Below are positions 1 to 7,982 of a DNA stretch of 64,000 nucleotides, one piece after another. The position numbers were made by a program, and so were the translations under genes. Position 1 is the first letter of the stretch. Each line of letters starts with the position of its first letter. The notes beneath the pieces are model-generated. The model was not told the origin of the DNA and made no database searches. It was given only the letters and a program-made list of their open reading frames with translations. This stretch comes from an uncultured Spirochaetaceae bacterium. Lineage in GTDB: Bacteria; Spirochaetota; Spirochaetia; DSM-27196; PWMO01. The stretch is from positions 171,593 to 235,592 of the forward strand of contig CAZUVX010000001.1 in assembly GCA_964623865.1 (NCBI GenBank), given 5' to 3'.

Positions 1-1
1 C

Positions 2-637
2 TCCATCGGCGGGCCGATTATCGGTGTGGGTCGCTACATAGCCCAGGGTCTGACGAACCTGGACAAGGAGACCGGACAGGGCCTTCCCGCTCTCGACTGG
101 ACATACGGCGCCCACGGCATGATCGTCGAGGTCAACACCGAGACCGGCGAGTACAACATCCTGAAGATCGCTTCCGCCTACGATGTTGGAAAGGTCATCA
201 ACCCCCAGGCCGTGCGCGGCCAAGCCGTCGGCGGCATGATGCAGGGGCTGGGTACCGCCGTCTGCGAGGGCTACATCTACGACCAACAGGGACGCCTCTT
301 GAACCCATCCTTCACGGACAACAAGATTCCGACCGCGGCGGACCTGCCTCTCGAGGTCGAGGCCATTGCCGTCGAGACGGCGCAGCTGGACGGGCCCTAC
401 GGTGCCCGCGGCGTCGGTGAGCACTCCATGATCTCCGTTGCCCCGGCCCTGGGGAATGCAATACAGCAGGCCACGGATGCGGAGCTTACCCACATGCCTA
501 TCCGGTTCGAGGATGTCTGGCGGGCACTGAACAACAAGGTCCAGGTGGACAACTGGATCACGAAGAGCCCATTCGGTAGTTGCCGCTCCGCCCCGACCAT
601 GCAGAAGCACGGTCACAAGCATTCGGAGTCGGAGTAG
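2..637 (+). CDS. Xanthine dehydrogenase / aldehyde oxidase-family molybdopterin-binding subunit, C-terminal fragment (5' end lies outside the window)
   Basis: Reading frame is open to the left edge. GQAVGGMMQGLGTAVCE and GPYGARGVGEHSMISVAPALGNAI match the conserved C-terminal Mo-cofactor domain of XDH/AOX/CODH large subunits. Confidence 0.8.
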   Translation, partial: SIGGPIIGVGRYIAQGLTNLDKETGQGLPALDWTYGAHGMIVEVNTETGEYNILKIASAYDVGKVINPQAVRGQAVGGMMQGLGTAVCEGYIYDQQGRLLNPSFTDNKIPTAADLPLEVEAIAVETAQLDGPYGARGVGEHSMISVAPALGNAIQQATDAELTHMPIRFEDVWRALNNKVQVDNWITKSPFGSCRSAPTMQKHGHKHSESE

Positions 638-682
638 GTGCGGTCATGAGCACTGCACACGAGGATATTCCATAGTTCCGAA

Positions 683-722
683 GAGCCGCCTCCCGCGACG
701 ACGGGGGCGGCTCCTTTCTTCT
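683..722 (+). terminator. Rho-independent terminator after the XDH-family gene
   Basis: GAGCCGCC (683-690) pairs with GGCGGCTC (706-713), extended by CCC/GGG, followed by CTTTCTTCT. Confidence 0.7.
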
Positions 723-903
723 GGTCCGTATGGTTTGTACGGTAGCGCTTGCCTGTGAAGCCGGCGCGGGTCCCGGCGGGGACGCGAACCGGCGGGCTCG
801 CCTCCCGCAGAGGGAGACGAGAACGTAGGCGAGTTACCGCAAGGGGTCTAACTGGGCACGTCGCGTAGACTATACCCCATAACCCACCAGGGTTAAAAAA
901 TGG

Positions 904-932
904 TTGTGACCACGCAAAAGCCCAATTAGAAT
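904..932 (+). promoter_or_regulatory. Putative sigma70-type promoter of the nucleobase permease
   Basis: TTGTGA (904-909), 17-nt spacer, TAGAAT (927-932), in a locally AT-rich patch about 70 nt upstream of the ATG. Confidence 0.4.
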
Positions 933-934
933 AG

Positions 935-964
935 CCATAGGTCATTCCTGGAATGCACCTATGG
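935..964. promoter_or_regulatory. 30-bp near-perfect inverted repeat (candidate operator or leader hairpin)
   Basis: CCATAGGT-CATTCC-t-GGAATG-c-ACCTATGG. The arms are 14 bp with one 1-nt bulge. It begins 3 nt after the putative -10 box and ends 36 nt before the permease ATG. Confidence 0.45.
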
Positions 965-999
965 GTAACAAAACTTCGGAGGTTTGATCGGAGGTAGCT

Positions 1000-2547
1000 A
1001 TGAGTGATGCTCAAACTGGGCAGGGCGAACAAGTAGGTGGCTGGATCGTATATCCGATCGGCAGCAAGCCCAAGATGGGCATGGCGGTACTGCTGGGTAT
1101 CCAGCACTACTTGACCATGCTCGGGGCGACGGTTCTGATCCCGTTCATCGTGTTTGGTGCGTTCGAGTCCAACGGGATTCCCATGCCACAAGAAGCTTTG
1201 GCGCTGATCATTGCGACCATGTTCTTGACATCGGGAATCACCACCCTTATTCAGCAGTCGCGGATCGGTAACAGATTGCCCATTATCCAGGGAGGCTCCT
1301 TCGCCTTCCTCGGACCGATGTTTGCAATCGTCGGTATGGTTGCGGCCGACGGTCTCGGCTGGGAGGTGGGGATTCAGCAGGTCGCCGCGGCGATCATGTT
1401 TGCGTCCGTCTTCGAGATCATACTTGGCTATACCGGGCTGCTCGGGTACATCAAGCGGGTCATCACCCCCGTCGCGATTGCGCCCACCATTGCAATGGTG
1501 GCGCTGCCGCTGTACAGCACGGGTGCGCCGGCCATGGCGAGCAACTGGGTGATCTCGCTGATCGCGTTGCTTGCGCTGATAGTGTACTCGCAGGTGTTCT
1601 CCCGCCGTTCGAAGGTCTTCATGCTCTTCCCGGTACTGCTGGCCATCCTCACGGGGTGGATCGCAGCTATCCTGGGAACGCTCTTCGGCTGGATTCCGGA
1701 GGGTAACGCCGCCAACATGGCGGGGCAGGCCTTCCTGATCGGCGAAGCGCCGTGGTTCCAGATTCGGCCCATTGTGCCCTTCAAGTTCGGTGTGCCGACA
1801 CTGACCGGAATTACCCTTGCCGGGTCTCTCGGTATGCTCGCCGGCTACCTTGGGTCCATGGTCGAGTCGATCGGCGACTACTACTCCTGTGCGCGGATGG
1901 CGGAAGCTCCCGTGCCGACGGAGAAGATGATCTCCCACGGTCTCGGTGCCGAGGGTATCGGCTGCGCCATTGCAGGCTTCCTGCAGACCGGCAACGCCAC
2001 CACCTCGTACTCCGAGAACATTGGTGCAATTGGCCTGACGCGCGTTGCAAGCCGTCGCGTCGTGCGTGCCGGTGCAATCGTCATGGTTCTGCTGCCGTTC
2101 TTCGGCAAGTTCGCCGCTGCTCTTTCAACACTGCCTGAGCCGGTTCGCGGTGCGCTCTTCGTCGGTGTCTTCGGCATGATCGCATCGGTGGGACTGTCGA
2201 ACCTGCAGTACGTGAATCTGAACAATCCGCGGAACCTCTTCATCATCGGTATCGGCCTCTTCGCCGGTCTGACCTTCCCCGCGCACTTCGGTGCGACCCC
2301 GATCGACTGGTCGGACGCCGGTCAGTTCACCGGAACAATCGGCAGCATCATCGGGACGCTGCTGAGCACCGGTGTCGCCGTCACCGCCATCGTGACCATC
2401 CTCCTCGACAACATCCTTCCCGGGGCTACCAGGTCCGAGCGCGGTATGGACGTTTGGGAGAAGCAGGCTACTCAGGAAGCCTGGGACAAGGCCGAAGCCG
2501 AATGGGCCCAGATTCCCGTCGGCCAGATGCGCGAGGTCAAGTACTAG
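1000..2547 (+). CDS. Nucleobase:cation symporter-2 (NCS2, xanthine/uracil/uric-acid permease family)
   Basis: 515-aa ORF with GGAGG upstream of the ATG and many hydrophobic segments. NCS2-like motifs: GIQHYLTMLGATVLIP, IIQGGSFAF, ENIGAIGLTRVASRRV. Confidence 0.9.
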   Translation: MSDAQTGQGEQVGGWIVYPIGSKPKMGMAVLLGIQHYLTMLGATVLIPFIVFGAFESNGIPMPQEALALIIATMFLTSGITTLIQQSRIGNRLPIIQGGSFAFLGPMFAIVGMVAADGLGWEVGIQQVAAAIMFASVFEIILGYTGLLGYIKRVITPVAIAPTIAMVALPLYSTGAPAMASNWVISLIALLALIVYSQVFSRRSKVFMLFPVLLAILTGWIAAILGTLFGWIPEGNAANMAGQAFLIGEAPWFQIRPIVPFKFGVPTLTGITLAGSLGMLAGYLGSMVESIGDYYSCARMAEAPVPTEKMISHGLGAEGIGCAIAGFLQTGNATTSYSENIGAIGLTRVASRRVVRAGAIVMVLLPFFGKFAAALSTLPEPVRGALFVGVFGMIASVGLSNLQYVNLNNPRNLFIIGIGLFAGLTFPAHFGATPIDWSDAGQFTGTIGSIIGTLLSTGVAVTAIVTILLDNILPGATRSERGMDVWEKQATQEAWDKAEAEWAQIPVGQMREVKY

Positions 2548-2621
2548 TCGGCAGGTTCACGAACCCCCGACGCCGGGGTTGACGGGCGTCCACGCGTTGC
2601 GACGCGAAGGAATCACACGGC

Positions 2622-2664
2622 GAGGATATGGGGCCTTCGGGCCTCGTATCCTCGTTTTGGTTTG
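2622..2664 (+). terminator. Strong rho-independent terminator after the permease
   Basis: 14-bp stem (GAGGATATGGGGCC / GGCCTCGTATCCTC) closed by a TTCG tetraloop, followed by GTTTTGGTTTG. Confidence 0.8.
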
Positions 2665-2702
2665 AGCAATCATCCGAAATCCAAATAGGGACATCTGCAG
2701 CC

Positions 2703-3104
2703 ATGCACAAAGCCGTTCGATACGCTCTCATGGTGGTGCTGGCCATCCTGATGGTCGCCACCTTCTACATGATCTTCCTGGGGGCGGGGAATCCGAACTC
2801 CTTCATCCGGGCGGTTGTCGAGGACACATCCTACGATCTCCTCATAACCATTGGTCTCGGGGTACTGGTGGGGTTGGTCGTCCTCGTGCTCACCAGCCGG
2901 ACGAGCAGCCACCCTCTCGAGTACATGCTGGAGCAAAACCGGACCCACGTCGACGAATTGCGCGCCCAGGGTAGAGACGACGAGTACATTGCACGGGACT
3001 TTCTGAAAAGCGTCGGAATCAAGAACAGGTTCATCAACTGGCTCGCCCTGCGGCGGGTACGGAAAACGCTGAGGCGGATGAAGGCGGAGAGGTCCGAGGA
3101 CTGA
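2703..3104 (+). CDS. Small membrane protein, unknown function
   Basis: Two clear hydrophobic helices (ALMVVLAILMVATFYMIFLG; LLITIGLGVLVGLVVLVL) followed by a basic C-terminal tail. I used the ATG at 2703 because the track's ATG at 2628 lies inside the terminator stem. Confidence 0.55.
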   Translation: MHKAVRYALMVVLAILMVATFYMIFLGAGNPNSFIRAVVEDTSYDLLITIGLGVLVGLVVLVLTSRTSSHPLEYMLEQNRTHVDELRAQGRDDEYIARDFLKSVGIKNRFINWLALRRVRKTLRRMKAERSED

Positions 3105-3185
3105 AGGGAAGGAAAACGGCGGCGCCGCAGCTAAGGTGCCGACAGCGTTGGATGGGGGAGCGGCGCCACCGTGAAAGGTGCTGGG

Positions 3186-3923
3186 TCAGGCTTCCGCCTT
3201 CTCCGGAACGATCATCTTCTCGTTCTTCTCGATCAGCTCCTTCGGCGGATTGGGCTTCAACTCGGCGCGAGCAACCTGTTCGGGGTACTCGTCGCGGATG
3301 GTGAGCTCCCAGAGGTCACGGCGAAGGAGATAGACCTTCGCGCCGCCGAGCTCGTGCTGATACTCCGGCCACGGATAGGTGGGCAGCCCCATGTTGAGAC
3401 CCGCGAGCATCCAGCCGTTGTAGCTCTCGAAGGTCGCCCAGAACTCGTTGTTCTTGCACACCTCGAAGGCGTACCAGGCCTTGCTGTAGAAGAGAATCGG
3501 GCCGGCGTTGACCTGGCGCTTGAAGGCCATGGTGTGGAGGCTGATGTTGATCTCGTCGTCGCGCTTGCGGCCGTTGGCAATACCAATGGGCACGCCCTCG
3601 TCGAAGGCGACGAAGAAGTACTGGTCCTTCATACGGTTGCGCTTGATCGCCAGCAGCTCGGCATAAACCCGGGCGCCGACAATGTCGTAGAAGTCGTACT
3701 CGTTGTCCGTGTACTGCTTCACGAAGTTTGCGAGGGGATCCACTTCCTCAGGCTTGATCTCCCGAATCAGGATGTCCCGCGTGCTCCCGTCGCGGAGCGT
3801 AAGGGTAGAGTACATGGGCTCGAACTTGGGCAGCGTAGAGGGAACGGCGAACATGCCCTCCATCTTCTCCACCGGCAGGCGGTACTCGTCTTTCCGCGTC
3901 TTACACGGAACCTGTCGAATCAT
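3186..3923 (-). CDS. Hypothetical 245-aa protein (family not recognised; possibly GNAT-like fold)
   Basis: Balanced amino-acid composition (K/E/Y/F/N) and high GC3. AGGAGG lies 5 nt upstream of the ATG. The overlapping + strand ORF (3171-3971) is L/V/R/G-rich shadow sequence. Confidence 0.75.
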   Translation of the reverse strand: MIRQVPCKTRKDEYRLPVEKMEGMFAVPSTLPKFEPMYSTLTLRDGSTRDILIREIKPEEVDPLANFVKQYTDNEYDFYDIVGARVYAELLAIKRNRMKDQYFFVAFDEGVPIGIANGRKRDDEINISLHTMAFKRQVNAGPILFYSKAWYAFEVCKNNEFWATFESYNGWMLAGLNMGLPTYPWPEYQHELGGAKVYLLRRDLWELTIRDEYPEQVARAELKPNPPKELIEKNEKMIVPEKAEA

Positions 3924-3943
3924 AGAGGCCTCCTAAATGTCAG

Positions 3944-3960
3944 TTGGAATACAGTTCCAA
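3944..3960. promoter_or_regulatory. Inverted repeat TTGGAA-N5-TTCCAA (candidate TetR operator)
   Basis: Perfect 6+6 inverted repeat between the promoter at 3972-4000 and the RBS of the 245-aa gene. Related to the repeat at 7813-7831. Confidence 0.45.
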
Positions 3961-3971
3961 AAAGTATTTGA

Positions 3972-4000
3972 ATTGTACCCGCCCATGGTCTCGTTGTCAA
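3972..4000 (-). promoter_or_regulatory. Consensus-like sigma70 promoter of the 245-aa gene
   Basis: On the minus strand: TTGACA (3995-4000), 17-nt spacer, TACAAT (3972-3977). Confidence 0.6.
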
Positions 4001-4054
4001 TCTTCTTTCGTTAACATTTGCGCTGTGTGCGGAGTCGGTGCGACGGGAAGCGCC

Positions 4055-4663
4055 CTACTTGATCGTCCGGAGGATGCGGTTCACGAGGTGGGGTATATCC
4101 TCCTCCGTGAGCGGGTAGCGTTCCCAGGAGGCAACGAATCCCCAGATCGCTCCCCGCAGAATGTGGAGCATCTGCTCGGGAGGCAGTTCCCGGTTGATGG
4201 TACCCTCGTCTTGGGCCTTGTGAAGGTGATCGCGGAGGAGTTCGTTCGCGGTCCAGTACGCACTGAGGTAGGTGTTCAGGGCGTGGTACTCGTCTTCGAG
4301 GGGCTGCGACTCGAAGAGTGGGGAAACCTGGGTGAGCACAATGCGGATCAGCTCGAGATTGCGGTGATAGAATCGCAGGATGTGCGAGAGCATTTCATGG
4401 AGAGCACTCAGGCACGCGCGGTCCTTGTCGTCCGCACAACCCTGCAACGGGGTGAGATCGTACTCCAGCCCTTCGAGGAGGGCGTTCAGGATGTCGGGAA
4501 TCCCTTTGTAGTAGTAGTAGAGGGAGCTGGTATCGATGCCGAGGCGTGCCGCAATATCGGACATCTTCGCGCGTCCGCCGCGGCGGCGGAGGACTTCCTT
4601 GGCGATTTCGAGGATTTGAGCCTGCTTGGCGGCGGTACGCCGGCGGGACTTGCTGAGCATCAC
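4055..4663 (-). CDS. TetR/AcrR-family transcriptional regulator
   Basis: N-terminal helix-turn-helix AQILEIAKEVLRRRGGRAKMSDIAARLGIDTSSLYYYYKG followed by a helical C-terminal ligand domain of typical length (202 aa). Confidence 0.9.
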   Translation of the reverse strand: MMLSKSRRRTAAKQAQILEIAKEVLRRRGGRAKMSDIAARLGIDTSSLYYYYKGIPDILNALLEGLEYDLTPLQGCADDKDRACLSALHEMLSHILRFYHRNLELIRIVLTQVSPLFESQPLEDEYHALNTYLSAYWTANELLRDHLHKAQDEGTINRELPPEQMLHILRGAIWGFVASWERYPLTEEDIPHLVNRILRTIK

Positions 4664-4748
4664 GTCGTCGTCCGGCCGCCGCGGTGCGGCCGAGTCGGGG
4701 TTGTGGAACCGTCGTCGGAGTCAAGGTCTCGTATGCACATGGTTCCTC

Positions 4749-4784
4749 AGAGAAGCACGCCCCAAGGCGAGATGCCTCGGGGCG
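4749..4784 (-). terminator. Probable rho-independent terminator after the double-cyclase gene
   Basis: Minus-strand RNA CGCCCCGAGG-caucucg-CCUUGGGGCG (10 bp including one G-U pair) followed by UGCUUCUCU. Confidence 0.5.
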
Positions 4785-4850
4785 CGTACACTGCCTTTAC
4801 AGTTCGTAGACATCGGCGCCGGAAGGCGCCAATGCTCCTGCAAATCATGC

Positions 4851-6491
4851 TCAGCCGGTGTACTCCCAGACAATGAAGCGACCCCACATTGACTCCGCTT
4901 CCATGGCCTTGGGCATGTAGGCACCAATGTAGTAGCGACCGCTCTTCAGCTTGGCGATGTCTCCGGTGAGGTTCTCGGCGTGGACGATGCCGTGGGGGAA
5001 GAGATTGAGGTGCATGTCCTGATAGTACTCCGCGAGGGGATACATCTCGTCCCAGTCCTTGCCGAAGTCCTTCTTGAGCTTCTCGTTGGCAGCCTCGAAG
5101 GTCTTTGGGTGCCAGTTCCGCATGATGGTGTTCATGGGATGGTCGGCACTTACACAGTCGACGCCGATCCACTTGATCTTCTTGTTGATGGCCCATTCGC
5201 GGAAGTCCGCCGACGGACCCGGGTGCTCCACCATGTAGAGGAACTCGTTGTTGTCCGGGCTGTTCCAGCTGTACTTGTTCCAGCCGGTCTTGATGATCAG
5301 GATGTCGCCCTCCTTCACATCGACAACCGACTCGATCATGTCGGGTGTATACACGCTCGCACGGCTTACCTTGTCGGAGATGTCCGCCACGACGCCGGGA
5401 CCGACCCAGCGATCGAAGGGTACCCGGCCGATCGTGCGGCCGGCGGGGTAGAAGTGGGTTTCCCCGTCCATGTGAGTAGCAAGATGGATGCTGGCCTCAC
5501 AGATGGTCCCGTTCCGCCCCAGGCCGAACTGCTTCTGGCCGACGCGCTTGTGATACTCCACAACGAGGGGCTTGTAGTTGAGCCACTGCGGCGTGCACAC
5601 GCTGAAGGGGCTCGTCATGTCGTGCCGCTTCGTCTTCTTCAGGGCTCCGAAGAAGTCCTGGTCGCTCATGCCGTCGGGCGCGGTGTACGCCATGACGCGC
5701 GCCCACGCAGCCTCGGTTTCGACCATGGGAACCGGATCCGCGGCAATCCATGCACGCTTATTGGCGAGCTTGGCGACGTCCGCGCCAATGCTCTCGACGA
5801 AGACCAGATGCGCCTTGGGCACCTCCGTGTGCATGAGCTTGTAGTAGTCCTGCGGCGGGAAGAGATCGTCCCAACTCTTGCCCCACTCCTTCTTGGCCTT
5901 CTCCTCGGCTCGCTGGAAATCGGCGCCGTGGTAGTACCGTGTCGGGGTGTTCATGGGGTGCTCAATAGAGCCGCAGTCGACGCCGACCCACTTGAGCTTC
6001 TTCTTGATTGCCCACTCGAAGAATCCGGGGGCCGGACCGGGATGGCGAACCAGGTAGCCGAACTCGCTGGAGTCTTTCTGCTCCCAGGAGTACTTGCTGT
6101 AACCGGTGTAGATAACCAGGATGTCGCCCTCTTTGACGTCAACCTTCTTTTCGATCATCTCAGGGGTGTAGAGGCTGTAGTCGGAGACCTCGCCGGAGAT
6201 GTCGGCGACCACGCCCTCACCGGCCAGCTCTTCCAGGGGAATGTCGCTGACTTTCCGGGCTCCGGAGTGCCAGCTCGTCTCACCAACGAGGTGAGTGCCG
6301 ACGGTGTTGCTCCACTTAAGGATCTGACCGTTGGCGCCCTGACCGCCGAGGAACCCACCGGTGACGCGCTTGAAGAAGTGCACGGTGAGTGCCTGATCGT
6401 GGGGATGTGGTGGCGTGAAGATGCTCAGCGGCTGGGTGAGGTCGTAGACCTTCGCTTTGTCCAGGACATCGATGAAATCATTATTATTCAT
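4851..6491 (-). CDS. Fused tandem 'putative cyclase' (kynurenine-formamidase-like amidohydrolase) protein, 546 aa
   Basis: Two paralogous halves of about 270 aa: HPGPAPGFFEWAIKKKLKWVGVDCGSIEHPMNT versus HPGPSADFREWAINKKIKWIGVDCVSADHPMNT. The C-terminal half carries HLATHMDGETH, an HxGTHxDxPxH-like motif. Start set at the ATG at 6491, which is preceded by GGAGGAG. Confidence 0.85.
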   Translation of the reverse strand: MNNNDFIDVLDKAKVYDLTQPLSIFTPPHPHDQALTVHFFKRVTGGFLGGQGANGQILKWSNTVGTHLVGETSWHSGARKVSDIPLEELAGEGVVADISGEVSDYSLYTPEMIEKKVDVKEGDILVIYTGYSKYSWEQKDSSEFGYLVRHPGPAPGFFEWAIKKKLKWVGVDCGSIEHPMNTPTRYYHGADFQRAEEKAKKEWGKSWDDLFPPQDYYKLMHTEVPKAHLVFVESIGADVAKLANKRAWIAADPVPMVETEAAWARVMAYTAPDGMSDQDFFGALKKTKRHDMTSPFSVCTPQWLNYKPLVVEYHKRVGQKQFGLGRNGTICEASIHLATHMDGETHFYPAGRTIGRVPFDRWVGPGVVADISDKVSRASVYTPDMIESVVDVKEGDILIIKTGWNKYSWNSPDNNEFLYMVEHPGPSADFREWAINKKIKWIGVDCVSADHPMNTIMRNWHPKTFEAANEKLKKDFGKDWDEMYPLAEYYQDMHLNLFPHGIVHAENLTGDIAKLKSGRYYIGAYMPKAMEAESMWGRFIVWEYTG

Positions 6492-6507
6492 TACGTTGCT
6501 CCTCCTA

Positions 6508-7758
6508 TCAGGATGCGTATTTTTCGGCGAAGCGGCGCAGAGCCTTCTCAAAGCACTGCTGAGGCGCTTCCACCAGACCGGCCCCTACCTGACCGACGCC
6601 GGGCTCTCGGTGAGCAACACCGGTGTCGATGAAGGGCAGGGTGCCCGTCTCGATAACCTTGCGAATGTCGATTCCCGTCGGGGATCCGCGGAAGTCGAGG
6701 AACGGAATGGTGAAGGTGTCGTTCTCACCGACCGTAATCTCGTACATGGACTTGGTGCGGCGAATAGACTCCTGGACGTTACCGCCGACGAACTGAATGA
6801 TCGCCGGAGCTGCGGCAATGGCGAAGCCGCCGACGCCGTAGGTTTCCAGAATGGAGCTGTCGCCGATGTCCGGGTTGACGTCTTCCTTCGTGAAGCCCGG
6901 GAAGAGCAGGACGTCGGGTACCGCCGCGGGAGCGGTGAACCACTCTCCGTCGAGGCCGGAAACCTGGATCCCGAAGTCCGTGCCGTTTCGCGACATGACC
7001 GTTGCGATGGAACAGCCATCAATGCCGCGAATGGCGTCCAGGCTGCACTTTGCGCTGGACATTGCGAAGCCCAGGAAGGTGTGGATGTTCTCTTCCATGA
7101 AGCGCAGGACCTCGTGGGTCTCGGAGGGATCTTCCATGGTTTCGGCAATGTAGGGCGCGATGCGGGCGAAGAGAATGTAGGACGCTGCGCGGCTGCGGTT
7201 GTGGAGCTCGTCGCCCATGCCCAGTGCCTGGACCATGATGTTCTTGAGATCGAGCTCGCCGGCCTTGTTGATGGCGCGCTTGAGAACCGGATACTGCACG
7301 TTCTCGAGCCACTTCAGCCCCTCGATGACCTCTTCGGAGTAGGCGCCCATTCGGAGCACCTTGCCGATGCCCTCGTTCAGGGTGTTGTAGGCACGATTAC
7401 CGTTCTCCTTGTTCTCCGTGACAATGACCGGCATGGATGACGAGACAACGCCCGCCATGGGACCGACCGTATTGTGGTGGTGACAGGGGTCGAACTCAAT
7501 GTCGCCGGACTTCGCCAGCTCTTCGGCTTCCTCCGGGCTCTTCGCCAGCCCTTCGTAGATCAGCGCGCCGATTACGGCGCCCCGTTGCGGACCGCACATC
7601 CGGTCCCAGGTCACCGGCGGGCCGGAGTGCAGAATGAGGTTCTTCTTCATGCCGGGGATGACTTCCTCCGCCTTAGCCATGTCGACCCAGGTCGGCTTGG
7701 CGGCGAGGAGTTTCTTGAGACCTTGCTCATTTGCTTTGTCAATGTCGATGTTTGCCAT
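6508..7758 (-). CDS. DUF1116 (YlbE-like) protein
   Basis: LILHSGPPVTWDRMCGPQRGAVIGALIYEGLA, DPCHHHNTVGPMAGV and NRAYNTLNEGIGKVLRMGAY match my recollection of E. coli YlbE. Start set at the ATG at 7758, preceded by GGGAG. The stop lies 16 nt before the cyclase ATG. Confidence 0.85.
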   Translation of the reverse strand: MANIDIDKANEQGLKKLLAAKPTWVDMAKAEEVIPGMKKNLILHSGPPVTWDRMCGPQRGAVIGALIYEGLAKSPEEAEELAKSGDIEFDPCHHHNTVGPMAGVVSSSMPVIVTENKENGNRAYNTLNEGIGKVLRMGAYSEEVIEGLKWLENVQYPVLKRAINKAGELDLKNIMVQALGMGDELHNRSRAASYILFARIAPYIAETMEDPSETHEVLRFMEENIHTFLGFAMSSAKCSLDAIRGIDGCSIATVMSRNGTDFGIQVSGLDGEWFTAPAAVPDVLLFPGFTKEDVNPDIGDSSILETYGVGGFAIAAAPAIIQFVGGNVQESIRRTKSMYEITVGENDTFTIPFLDFRGSPTGIDIRKVIETGTLPFIDTGVAHREPGVGQVGAGLVEAPQQCFEKALRRFAEKYAS

Positions 7759-7778
7759 AGCTTTACTCCCTATTGTGC

Positions 7779-7806
7779 ATTGTAGACGCCATGAGCCATG
7801 TGTCAA
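7779..7806 (-). promoter_or_regulatory. Putative promoter of the DUF1116-cyclase operon
   Basis: On the minus strand: TTGACA (7801-7806), 16-nt spacer, TACAAT (7779-7784). Confidence 0.5.
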
Positions 7807-7812
7807 TTGAAA

Positions 7813-7831
7813 TTTGAAAGGACTTTTCAAA
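7813..7831. promoter_or_regulatory. Inverted repeat TTTGAAA-N5-TTTCAAA (candidate operator, centre of the divergent promoter region)
   Basis: Perfect 7+7 inverted repeat in an AT-rich island. It sits 6 nt from the -35 boxes of both divergent promoters. Confidence 0.45.
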
Positions 7832-7837
7832 CTCTCA

Positions 7838-7866
7838 TTGTCAAAGTCCGATTCCAGGGTTACCAT
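7838..7866 (+). promoter_or_regulatory. Putative promoter of fdrA
   Basis: TTGTCA (7838-7843), 17-nt spacer, TACCAT (7861-7866). This would give a GC-rich 5' UTR of about 110 nt. Confidence 0.35.
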
Positions 7867-7982
7867 GCTGAATGTGCGCCGGAACCGGGCATCCGCGGCG
7901 GACGCGCCGTCACCACGGCGGTCCGCGCCGGCGGGAAGACCTGAACAGGAGACATAGCGTCACCGGCGCAGAGGAGGAAGTC

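Noticed and set aside
725-999. Purine or xanthine-type riboswitch upstream of the NCS2 permease.
   Set aside because: I could not find the conserved purine-riboswitch junction sequences or a three-way-junction layout. The likely transcribed leader is only about 60 nt and is dominated by one palindrome. This cannot be excluded without an Rfam scan.
613-1938. Very long ORFs antisense to almost every real gene, for example 613-1938(-), 3171-3971(+), 4980-6632(+), 8790-9992(-), 15548-16834(+), 16960-18204(-), 33375-35189(-), 35253-36389(-), 40247-41440(-), 50437-51726(-), 56132-57811(-), 62185-63384(-).
   Set aside because: Their translations are dominated by R/G/P/A/L/V/H and have no recognisable motifs. 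The opposite strand encodes well-recognised proteins with high GC3. They are stop-codon-poor shadow frames, as expected in GC-rich DNA.
2628-2702. ATG at 2628 given by the track as the start of the 158-aa ORF.
   Set aside because: This ATG lies inside the 14-bp stem of the permease terminator (2622-2653). The first 25 codons are non-hydrophobic filler. The ATG at 2703 gives a typical membrane-protein N-terminus.
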